64,000 bases of DNA, taken from the NCBI GenBank assembly GCA_051532035.1, contig JAOPTW010000056.1, positions 1 to 64,000 of the forward strand, given 5' to 3'. The DNA comes from Fibrobacterales bacterium (lineage in GTDB: Bacteria > Fibrobacterota > Fibrobacteria > Fibrobacterales > JAOPTW01). This document shows, piece after piece, positions 9,633 to 19,200 of this stretch. The translations under genes and the position numbers were made by a program. The notes under the pieces were generated by a model. The model was not told the origin of the DNA. It saw only the letters and a list, made by a program, of their open reading frames with translations, and made no database searches. Numbering within the stretch: position 1 is the stretch's first letter; every line of letters begins with the position of its first letter.

Positions 9633-11624
9633 ATGTTTCAAGGGTTTAGCATTGGAAAAAAGCTCGCCTATAGTTTTGGAGTGGTGGTGCTGTTGCTCGC
9701 TGTGGTTGCTGTCTGGGCCGTTGTGGGTATAGGTGGTATCGTAGGAAATGCAGAAGAGGTTATCTCTGGGAATAAACTCAGGGGTGAGATGGTGCAACGA
9801 GAGGTTGATCATCTCAATTGGGTTAATGCTCTTAATGATTTTGTAAGTGATCCTGAAGTGAGAACTCTTACGGTGACCACTGATCATACAAAGTGTGGTC
9901 TTGGAGCATTTCTTTATGGTGAACGGCGTCAAAATGCCGAAGCATTAGTACCTGCTTTGAGTATGCACTATACTGATTTAGAAAAGGTTCATATACAACT
10001 CCATGGCTCTGCAAAGGAGATTCAGAAGTTTTATCGTCCCGCAGATAAAGCACTCTATGGATTTTTGGCAGAAAAAGAAGCAGATCATCTCGGGTGGACT
10101 AATAGCGTCTTTGAGGTGATTCATTTTAAAAAGAAGAGCCTCACTGTTACGGTTGATCATACTCAATGTAGTCTGGGTAAATTTATCTATGGTGAAGGTG
10201 GTAAAGCTCTTGAAGCGCAAGGAGTATTCGCAGCCACTGCAACAATGCTCAAAGAGGAGCATGTGAAACTCCATGGTACTGCAAAAAAAATAATAGCGGT
10301 ATGGAATAATACAAGCCCCAATTCAATTGCCAAAGCAGAGGCGATATTTAAAAATGAAACAATGAGCGCTTTGAAAGGGTGTCGTAGTGCTATATCTACG
10401 TTAAAAAATATTGCTAAAGCAGAAGAGAAAGGGCTCGATGAAGCACAGGCTATATTTCATACTAAATCAAAGCCTGCCCTACAACAGTCACAAAAACTTT
10501 TGGGTGTCATTAATGACCTCATTACTCAAAATGTTATGACCGATGATGAAATGATAAGCCAAGCCGCATCAACCCGATGGGTGGTTATAGTCTTTTCAAT
10601 TATCGCGGCAGTATTGGGAATTATACTCGCCTTGTTTATAACTCGAGCAATTGTAGGACCAATAAACAAAATAATCGAAGGACTCACCCAAGGAGCTGAA
10701 CAAGTTGCTGCTGCAGCAGGACAGGTCTCTGGATCAAGTCAGACTATGGCAGAAGGGGCTTCGGAACAAGCATCATCTGTAGAAGAAATTTCGAGTACTC
10801 TTGAAGAGATGTCCGCAATGACAAAGCAAAATGCATCTAATGCTCGGCAGGCAAATACAATCTCTGGAGAGGCGGGCTCCTCAACTAAATCAGGTCAAGA
10901 TGCAATGGCCAAAATGACTCAAGTGGTTCAGGATATAAAAACCTCAAGTGATGAAACAGCTAAAATTATTAAGAATATCAATGAGATAGCTTTTCAGACA
11001 AACCTATTGGCTCTAAATGCAGCGGTTGAAGCGGCCAGAGCAGGGGAGGCAGGTAAAGGGTTTGCTGTTGTCGCAGAAGAAGTACGTAATTTAGCGAAGC
11101 GATCTGCTGAAGCGGCTAATGATACCGCTAACCTCATTGAACAATCTCAGAAATCTGCAGAAGGCGGTGTTACTGCAAGTGAAGAAGTTGGGCAATTGTT
11201 GAATGATATTTCTACGGGTGTCGTAAAAGTAAATCAGCTCATTGCAGAGGTGGCTGCTGCAACTGAAGAGCAGTCAGAGGGCATTGGGCAAGTAAATACT
11301 GCAGTTGGTAGTATGGATGGAGTTATCCAATCGAATGCCGCAACTGCGGAAGAATCAGCGTCGGCAAGTGAAGAGCTCTCTGCTCAGTCAGCGATACTCA
11401 ATGAAATGGTGAGCGATTTGGTCACTGTTGTGAATGGTCGCTCTCATCGTAGCACCATTAGAACAAGTCAACCACAGCACCAACGTCCCAAAGCGGCAAT
11501 TACAAAGCAGACTATAATACAGACAATTCAACCGGCCACACGTCCACGCAGTAAAGAAGTTTTTTCTCCAACGGAAATGGAAGATATAATTCCAATGGAT
11601 GATGAACTACTCAAAGAATTTTAA
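9633..11624 (+). CDS. Methyl-accepting chemotaxis protein with two CZB zinc-binding domains
   Basis: Two DHLxW...DHTxCxLGxFxY...HxxLH repeats between TM1 and TM2; MCP signalling hairpin; C-terminal LLKEF. Confidence 0.93.
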   Translation: MFQGFSIGKKLAYSFGVVVLLLAVVAVWAVVGIGGIVGNAEEVISGNKLRGEMVQREVDHLNWVNALNDFVSDPEVRTLTVTTDHTKCGLGAFLYGERRQNAEALVPALSMHYTDLEKVHIQLHGSAKEIQKFYRPADKALYGFLAEKEADHLGWTNSVFEVIHFKKKSLTVTVDHTQCSLGKFIYGEGGKALEAQGVFAATATMLKEEHVKLHGTAKKIIAVWNNTSPNSIAKAEAIFKNETMSALKGCRSAISTLKNIAKAEEKGLDEAQAIFHTKSKPALQQSQKLLGVINDLITQNVMTDDEMISQAASTRWVVIVFSIIAAVLGIILALFITRAIVGPINKIIEGLTQGAEQVAAAAGQVSGSSQTMAEGASEQASSVEEISSTLEEMSAMTKQNASNARQANTISGEAGSSTKSGQDAMAKMTQVVQDIKTSSDETAKIIKNINEIAFQTNLLALNAAVEAARAGEAGKGFAVVAEEVRNLAKRSAEAANDTANLIEQSQKSAEGGVTASEEVGQLLNDISTGVVKVNQLIAEVAAATEEQSEGIGQVNTAVGSMDGVIQSNAATAEESASASEELSAQSAILNEMVSDLVTVVNGRSHRSTIRTSQPQHQRPKAAITKQTIIQTIQPATRPRSKEVFSPTEMEDIIPMDDELLKEF

Positions 11625-11636
11625 GGAGGTACACTT

Positions 11637-12149
11637 ATGAGTGATACAACAGAAACAGAAACAGTAAATGATGTAGAAAATGATATGATGGCAGGAAAGT
11701 ACCTGACCTTTACCTTAGGTGATGAAGAGTATGGGCTTCCCATTCTGACTGTTCAGAGAATCATCCAAATGCAAGATATTACATCGGTTCCTAAAACGCC
11801 TGCATATGTTCTCGGAGTAATTAATTTACGGGGGAAAATAATTCCGGTTATCGAGGTCCGTAATAAATTTCAAATGGAATCAATTGAACCTACCGACAAC
11901 AGTTGCATTGTTGTCGTTCAGGTTCCAGTGGGTAATACTGAGCTCACTATGGGGCTCCTTATTGATGCAGTATCTGAAGTTGTCTTTATAGATGATAAAC
12001 AGATGCAAGAGACTCCCGACTTTGGAGAAGGGGTACAGACTGAGTTCATTACTTCTATGGCCAAGATTGATGAGAAGGTGGTGATGTTGCTTGACATTGA
12101 AAAGATATTATCGATTGCGGAGCTACAATCCCTTTCCACCCTTAAATAA
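11637..12149 (+). CDS. cheW: Chemotaxis coupling protein CheW
   Basis: YLTFTLGDEEYG, GVINLRGKIIPVI, GLLIDAVSEV. Confidence 0.95.
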   Translation: MSDTTETETVNDVENDMMAGKYLTFTLGDEEYGLPILTVQRIIQMQDITSVPKTPAYVLGVINLRGKIIPVIEVRNKFQMESIEPTDNSCIVVVQVPVGNTELTMGLLIDAVSEVVFIDDKQMQETPDFGEGVQTEFITSMAKIDEKVVMLLDIEKILSIAELQSLSTLK

Positions 12150-12168
12150 TTTTCAGGGATTTTGGCTA

Positions 12169-12375
12169 GGCATCTGCTTTGTTACTAAAAACTCGGCGTA
12201 CAAATAATCGATTTTAAAAGGTCATCTACGTCGTTATTAAAGTCTCGGCGTACACTTTGTACGCTGTCGTCTTGAATGCCTTGTATCTAATCATTTAAAA
12301 TCGATTATTGTATTGTCGCTCTGTGCGCTTTGCGCACACTTTCTCTCCACACTCACTCTGCACGCTTTGCGTGCA
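12169..12375. repeat. Nested REP/MITE-like palindromic element cluster
   Basis: Perfect 16-bp inverted repeat AATAATCGATTTTAAA (12203-12218 / 12294-12309) enclosing a GCGTACA-CTT-TGTACGC hairpin; CTCGGCGTACA duplicated; two further hairpins at 12322-12338 and 12359-12375. Confidence 0.7.
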
Positions 12376-12435
12376 TTCGTTGGGTTACCTGATTCATTCT
12401 TGTCTCTTTTTTATTATCTTGTTCTAATGGTTTGA

Positions 12436-13467
12436 ATGAAGCTCTTTGTTATGTCTATTGAAATTGAACGGAAGATGGTGTTGCTTGCTTATATTGCCTA
12501 TTTTAATTTGGGGCAACGTGGGTATAAGTTTTTTAAAAATTGGGCCTGTGGCAAGGTGTGTACAGAGATTCAAGAGGGGCTTGATGATTATCGGGCGGAG
12601 CTTGGTGTCCAGGAGATTGTGTGGGGGCCGACTATCGATTTCCCTAACTTTTTTGCCTATGCAAATACGACCATTTTTGTCTGTCGGGAGAAGGGGAGTA
12701 ATGATCTCACCTTGGTTATTCGAGGGACTAATCCTCTCTCTCTTAAGACATGGCTCCGTCAAGACTTTGCCGTAGGTGAGATGGTGAACTGGGACCATAG
12801 TGACCCTTCTAAGGGGAAGGTTTCCAAAGGAGCGCGTCGTTCATTGAGTGAGTCCTTAGAGTATGTCCCTACAAAAAGTTGTTTTGGGGGCGATCACTTA
12901 CATACATATTTGGAACGCTATTTTACGAAACACCCAGGGGCTACACTTCGAGTTACGGGGCATAGTCTCGGCGGTTTGTTAGGGCCAACTTTGACTTTGT
13001 GGATGTACGAACGGCTCCCTATATTGCAATCAATACCGATAGAAATTTATTCTTATGCGGGGCCTACTGCAGGAGATGCTGCTTTTGCAGAGTACTGTGC
13101 TACTACCTTGAATAATGGCACCACCACCACACTGAATCGCTATGTCAATCTCTATGATGTTGCGCCTCGTGCATGGTCGGCGCCTCTGCTCAAAGATTTT
13201 ATTGATATCTATAATCCCGAAGTCGATTCAGGATTCTGGGATGACTTTATTATCGAGCAAGTAATTGATTTTATTGATGATGAGGGCTACACCCAGCCTG
13301 GTGATGAAATTGTTATTCCTTCATCAGTAAAAGAGGGGCTCCTCTGGAGTACGCTTTTGACTCAAATAATATATCAGCACGTGGCGCCGTATCTTTATAA
13401 TTGGTTTGAGAAAGAACGAGCAAATAAGGTTCTCAAAGAGGTCTTTAAAAGCTCTATATCATTATAG
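12436..13467 (+). CDS. Class 3 lipase (alpha/beta hydrolase)
   Basis: VIRGT; nucleophile motif VTGHSLGG; YSYAGPTAGD; NLYDVAP; C-terminal QH. Confidence 0.88.
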   Translation: MKLFVMSIEIERKMVLLAYIAYFNLGQRGYKFFKNWACGKVCTEIQEGLDDYRAELGVQEIVWGPTIDFPNFFAYANTTIFVCREKGSNDLTLVIRGTNPLSLKTWLRQDFAVGEMVNWDHSDPSKGKVSKGARRSLSESLEYVPTKSCFGGDHLHTYLERYFTKHPGATLRVTGHSLGGLLGPTLTLWMYERLPILQSIPIEIYSYAGPTAGDAAFAEYCATTLNNGTTTTLNRYVNLYDVAPRAWSAPLLKDFIDIYNPEVDSGFWDDFIIEQVIDFIDDEGYTQPGDEIVIPSSVKEGLLWSTLLTQIIYQHVAPYLYNWFEKERANKVLKEVFKSSISL

Positions 13468-13469
13468 AA

Positions 13470-14456
13470 CTAAGACTTCTTAGGCTTTGCAGTATCTATG
13501 GCTACGCCTTCTCGGATGCGGACACGCATTTCTGTCAGAAGATCATTTAAGCTATCTTCGAGGGCAATCATTGGTTTCCAACCTGTCTCGTTCATTATCT
13601 TTTGTGGTGATCCGACAAGGAGTGGGATGTCATTGATGCGCTCTAAGCGGGGATCGATTCTGATGTCAACTTCAATGCCCGTGAGTTCAATCATGTCTTC
13701 AACTACTTCACGTATTGTACGAGCTTTACCGCTACAGATGTTGTAGATCTTTCTCTTTTCACTGGTGTTCATAATAAGCACAAGAGCTCTTGCAAGGTCA
13801 CGACCATCAATGATGTCTCGTGATACATCAAGGTTACCGGTATAGAGGATAGGTTCTACATGATTATCTATAATGTTTATCAGTTGTGATGCAATATCGG
13901 GTATAGCAAATCTACGGGAATGCTGTGGCCCAGTATAGAGAAAGGGGCGTGCGATAGACACTTGTAAGCCATAGGCTTCATAGAATTGTGTTCCAATCAT
14001 TTCCATTGCAGCTTTACTGGCAGCAAAAGGGGTGAGTGGTTTCAGCTGGTCTGTCTCAGAGTGTAGCACATCAAGAAGTCCGGTGCCTCGGCCATACACT
14101 TCACTAGAACTCAAGAGGAGTACTTTTGAGTTAGGAACTGTTTGACGTACTGCTTCAAGAAGGTTTTGAGTACCAAGAACATTGGTCATCAATGTTTCAT
14201 AAGGCTTTTGGTGAGAAACCAATACACTTGATTGGGACGCGAGATGGTAAATTTCATCAGGTTTGTAGTGAGAGAGGACGGCTTTAAGAGCCTTAATATC
14301 GTGAAGATTGCCGGTCAAGTATTTAACATGGCCTACTTTGCGGTAGGGGTGTACCTTATTTTCACTAAAGGAGAGAAGCTCTCCTTTGTGTTTGGTAATA
14401 ATGTTGAGGAGGTGGTATCCAAGTGAACCCGTACCTCCAGTAACCATAACGCTCAT
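13470..14456 (-). CDS. Extended SDR, GDP-mannose 4,6-dehydratase / GDP-6-deoxy-4-keto-mannose reductase-like
   Basis: VTGGTGSLG; YHLASQSSV; SSSEVYG; GNLDVSRD. The YxxxK motif reads FAASK. Confidence 0.85.
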   Translation of the reverse strand: MSVMVTGGTGSLGYHLLNIITKHKGELLSFSENKVHPYRKVGHVKYLTGNLHDIKALKAVLSHYKPDEIYHLASQSSVLVSHQKPYETLMTNVLGTQNLLEAVRQTVPNSKVLLLSSSEVYGRGTGLLDVLHSETDQLKPLTPFAASKAAMEMIGTQFYEAYGLQVSIARPFLYTGPQHSRRFAIPDIASQLINIIDNHVEPILYTGNLDVSRDIIDGRDLARALVLIMNTSEKRKIYNICSGKARTIREVVEDMIELTGIEVDIRIDPRLERINDIPLLVGSPQKIMNETGWKPMIALEDSLNDLLTEMRVRIREGVAIDTAKPKKS

Positions 14457-14493
14457 AAACTCTCCATTAACCCAGCTTTTTTACGGCGTGGTA

Positions 14494-16104
14494 TTATCCA
14501 ATTGCATCCCACGCTGCATCAACCATCTCTTTTGGAGGGTTAAATACTTTTTCAACTTTCCCCATTTTTGAGGGAAGAATATAGACTCGTGTATCCTTGT
14601 CAGCCTTTTTATCTACAGCCATAGCACTCCACGCTTCTTCTTTATCAATAGTGTAGGTGGTAGGGAATCCAAAAGCATTCAATAGATCATTTTGACGGGT
14701 TTCGTCTTCGGCCTTCCATAGGTGCATTGCAGTAGCCATACGAGCTGCGACACGCATACCCAGTGATACAGCAATGCCATGCGAGTACTCTTTGTAGTTT
14801 GTTACTTTCTCAATAGCATGGCCAAAGGTGTGTCCATAGTTGAGAATCGCTCTGATGTTATTCTCTTTTTCATCGAGGCCAACAACTTCAGCTTTAATCT
14901 CACAACAACGACGGACTGCATATTCAAGAGTGTCATACTCCCTGTCTTTCAGTTTCTGTACATTTGCTTCGAGCCAGCTAAAAAATTCACTATCCCAGAT
15001 AACGCCATATTTGATAACTTCGGCAAGGCCTGCAAGGTATTCTATGGGTTCAAGGGTTGAAAGAACATCAATATTTATCAGTACAGCTTTTGGTTGGTAA
15101 AAGGCGCCGATCATATTTTTACCAGCAGTGTGGTTTACTGCAACTTTACCGCCAACCGAACTATCTACCATAGAGAGAAGGGTGGTAGGGATTTGAATAA
15201 AGTTGATGCCCCGTTGATAGGTTGCCGCAGCAAATCCTGCCATATCGCCACCGACACCACCACTAAATTGGAGGAGGGTCGATTTGCGGGTGTATTGTTT
15301 GTTGAGCATGTAAGTATAGAGTTTGTTCAAGTTGTTTAAGTTCTTGAAAGACTCTCCTGCCTTAAATTGAAAGACACGACACTTACCTGCCTGTTTTTGG
15401 ATTGTTTTAATGTTCTCTTTTTGAGCCCTAAAAACATTTGAATCGGTACAGAGTAGGTAACTGCTCTCAATATTCAACCCTTCAAAGATCGATTTAAAGA
15501 GGTGCGTAAAGTTTTTGCCGATAAAAATGGGGTAATGGCCACCACTGGTAGTCACCTCAATTTTTTTGTATTGCCAGGCGCTTGAAAGTCTCTTGATTTG
15601 TGCTACAATGTCCGCAACTTTGCAGGTCTCATTACTTTCGATAGAAAAATCAGCTTGAGAATAATAGGGGTCGCGTACTTTGAGCATTTGCTCAATCTTG
15701 GCTTTACGCTCTTTATCATCGAGTCCCGACATAAGGGGGCGGGTATCTTTTCGTGAAATCCGCTCAGAGATCACATCAATGGGTGCCCAAAGGCGTACCA
15801 AAATACCTGTTGCTCGAATGATCTTTAAAATTTCTGGATTAGTAACGGCACCACCACCCAACGCAATTATTTTTTGCTTCTGTTGAGAGATCTCTGCGAC
15901 CGTTTCAAGCTCTTTTTGACGAAAATAGGGTTCACCATGAGTCTGAAATATTTCAGATATGGTTATGCCTTCTTTCTCTGCGATATATTTATCGGTGTCG
16001 ATAAATTCCCAGTTAAAATTCTTGGCAGTAGCTTCCCCTATACGGGTCTTACCGGTAGCCATAAATCCGGTAAAGTATATATTACACTCGGGTAGAGAAT
16101 TCAT
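14494..16104 (-). CDS. aroKB: Bifunctional shikimate kinase / 3-dehydroquinate synthase
   Basis: N-terminal GFMATGKT, GEPYFR, RPL; C-terminal GDMAGFAAATYQRG, PTTLLSMVDSSVGGK, LNYGHTFGHAIE. Confidence 0.95.
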   Translation of the reverse strand: MNSLPECNIYFTGFMATGKTRIGEATAKNFNWEFIDTDKYIAEKEGITISEIFQTHGEPYFRQKELETVAEISQQKQKIIALGGGAVTNPEILKIIRATGILVRLWAPIDVISERISRKDTRPLMSGLDDKERKAKIEQMLKVRDPYYSQADFSIESNETCKVADIVAQIKRLSSAWQYKKIEVTTSGGHYPIFIGKNFTHLFKSIFEGLNIESSYLLCTDSNVFRAQKENIKTIQKQAGKCRVFQFKAGESFKNLNNLNKLYTYMLNKQYTRKSTLLQFSGGVGGDMAGFAAATYQRGINFIQIPTTLLSMVDSSVGGKVAVNHTAGKNMIGAFYQPKAVLINIDVLSTLEPIEYLAGLAEVIKYGVIWDSEFFSWLEANVQKLKDREYDTLEYAVRRCCEIKAEVVGLDEKENNIRAILNYGHTFGHAIEKVTNYKEYSHGIAVSLGMRVAARMATAMHLWKAEDETRQNDLLNAFGFPTTYTIDKEEAWSAMAVDKKADKDTRVYILPSKMGKVEKVFNPPKEMVDAAWDAIG

Positions 16105-16279
16105 CTTATTCCAACCACTAAATTATGTTATTGAAAAGATAGATACAATTGACATTTTAGATGGGCAAAAAAGGCGGTGTTGTTAAAATTTGGCTGTTTT
16201 GATAAAATAAAAACAGCCCTCGAACAAAGTCCGAGGAGTGTATATCCCATTGTTTAATTGTGTGCGAGTAAGAGTACCT

Positions 16280-19200
16280 CTAAAACATTCTTAAATATCC
16301 CATCTTCAGAAACATCTGGGTCTGGGTAACGGTAGTTGGGCCGGTTAAGGTGTATTGGAAATTCATGAGATATACGCCAGATCCAAGGGGGCGTCCTTCT
16401 TGATCTAATAGGTTACCATTGACATCTCGGTTGTTCCATTGAAAGCTATACTCTTTCCCTTTCTTGAAGTCGTCGCCATCCATGGTGATATCAAACTCTT
16501 CAATAAAAAGTCCTTCAAGGCTATAGATGGTACCCACAAATCTCAGAGTGTACTCTTCTGGTTCTGCAGGAATGTCAGATACCTCAATGGTAAATGCGCG
16601 CCTATCGTTATGCTCTTCGAGAGTAATGTTTTCATCTCTCACAAATTCTGGTTCTTCAGAGATATAGAGGTTTTTCTCAAAAAGGAGGGTAAAGTCACCG
16701 CCCAACACCTCTTGAGGAGGGTCAAAATGTATGGGTTCTTCTTCCTCTGAACTCGCTTCTTCGGATGAGCTTTCTGGGTACTCTATCTCTTGGTCTGATG
16801 ACTCGATTTCATCTGATGATTCTGGTTCTTCTTCTGATGAGCTGGGTGGTTCGTCTCTAAAGTCTACGAGCCATTTTTTGTAGGTGTATGAGCACTCTTC
16901 TGATCCTTTGTCGCTCCATGCCACAAACTCTGTCATTGGTTCGAATCCATCTATTTTTGTGATGTCGTATTTGAAGTCGACTGTTGGGCCGGTACGGATG
17001 TTCATTGCTTCGCCATTTATTTCGATGTCCGAGATGTCTCCGTAGGGGAGGACTGAAACCGAACCAGAAATGTCTTCAGAAATGTCTTTTACGAGTGTTG
17101 CTTTGTTGGCATCCATAAAGAATGGGTCATTGGTTTCCATTTCAAAACTTTTAAGACTGAGTGGTGCTTTAAAGTCGGGGGCATAGCCATATACATGTAC
17201 AGACCCCTTGTAGTATACGGGGATATAGTGACTCACGTCGTAGGTCATACGTGGTGCACCATCGATAACCTCAATGTCAAAGGGTTCGGTGTAAATATCC
17301 ATCATGTCCCATGAGATGCCGCTCTCTTTAAGGGGTTTTTCGTGAGCATTAAACGCCCATGAGTCTTTAATGATATTTATGTCAAAAGGGCTTTCTGATC
17401 CATGTTCATTAATTTCTATAAAGGTTATGTCAAGCTCTGCCCGGCCAGCGATAGGTATTTCATCTTTAATTCTTATAGGAAGGTAGTATTGATCGGATTC
17501 GTTGTCGACTGCAACAAAGTCTCCAATCTCGATTCCGTCAATTCTTAGGGGGTTAGTCCCTCCCATATCAAATATCTGTTTGTCACTCGAAACGATTTTT
17601 ATGTTATCTATAGGGAACTCTTTCACGGTCAGGTAGAGTCTGAGTTCTAAATCAGCATAAGCTCTTTGTTCATTGTTTGTTATGTTGAGATAAAATGTAG
17701 GGCCTCGTGCTTTATTTACTGGTTTAATGTAAATGGAGTAGTCCACAAAAGCATCTCGTGTCTTAAATGAGTAGTGATTACCCTCATTGTCATCGCGATG
17801 TGAGCCGCTGACACGGTCGTAATAGTATGTGGTATTCGGTTCAAGTTCTCTCACCATAATCTGGTGAAATGAACCAAAATCACTCTCTTCAATATACCAT
17901 GCATCTAAGAGGTGGGGGTCTTCACTGATGTATATCCCAGACGAGCCAAATTGCCCTGGTGACCACCATGCGACAGTTGCTGCTTCATGGCTGACATTGC
18001 AGGCATCAACAGCTTCCCATGTGGGTTCTAGAGGTTTTTCGGTTGTGGTAAAAGAAAACCATATTTTTTTAGCTGAATTACCAGCAATATCTTTACCTAC
18101 AAGGCTAATCCAGTATTGGGTATCTGGCTTCAGATCATGAAGCTCCCAAGTCTTTGCCGATTGAGAACTAAAATGAGCGTCATTAATTGAACTTTTAGTA
18201 GTATCTATATAAAGTGCAACGGTGTCATTGGTGAGTTCGTTAAAATCCCATCGTATTGTTGCAATAGTATCCTCTACCGGGTTGGCGATTATGGTAAAAA
18301 GTTCTGGCTTTGTTTTATCTGGAGGAAGCTTTTTACTCAGCTGTTGTGATAAGAAAAGGAGTTGTGATGAATAGTCAATACAGGTTTCAGTAATAGTGTA
18401 TTTGTCAAAGCTTTCAACAAGTATGTCACCTGGGGCAGCAGAACCCATGAATGCACCGGTAGGTTCTCGGTATTCATAGGGGATTCCTCCTGCGTTATAT
18501 CCATCAGGGTTGGCGCCTCTGTGGTGGATATGTTGCAGGTGTTTATCACCCGCGCCAATAATAAAAGATATGTTCCATGGGTTCTTGCCAAGGGCATAAT
18601 CAAGATTATCGATTACCACTTGTTGGTACTTCTCGGCTGAGGGATCATTGATATCAAACAGTATTTCGGCGGCAAGAGCGACTGCAGTTACTGCCCCCAT
18701 GTTGTATCGATTAAAACCCCATGCACTACTGGTCCATCGTAAATTGTAGGGCTTTTCAACCTTGAGTTTATCGACAATAGTTTCGGTCTCATGTTTGCTC
18801 GATCCCCCTTCGGCGATAGTTTTATTTTTGAGTAGAGCAATAACAGTGCTTTGTATTTCTTCGAGTTCATCTTGTTCAATACCATACTCTTTAGCGGTCT
18901 CTTCATTTCTATAGATAAGAAGGTAGAGGGAGGCGGCGACTTGTGCGTGGATATTTTGATAATCTGAAACCCAGCCACCAGGATAAAATCCAGAGCCATT
19001 GCTTGCGAGCATGCCGTATTTAAAAATATGCTCGTTCCCGTCATACCCGTATTCGGCGTCTTCTCCATACTCTGGATTTTCTAATAGGTCGTATTTGTAT
19101 TTGGGGTCTTTGGTGGCGTACCAAAGGCCAAGGGCTCCCAGTGCAATATCATCATCAATTCGGGTCTGTTGTGTGTAAAACTCGACATTACTGTATGAAA

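Noticed and set aside
14494..16104. aroK-aroB fusion as a novelty
   Set aside because: This fusion is already known in several bacterial lineages.
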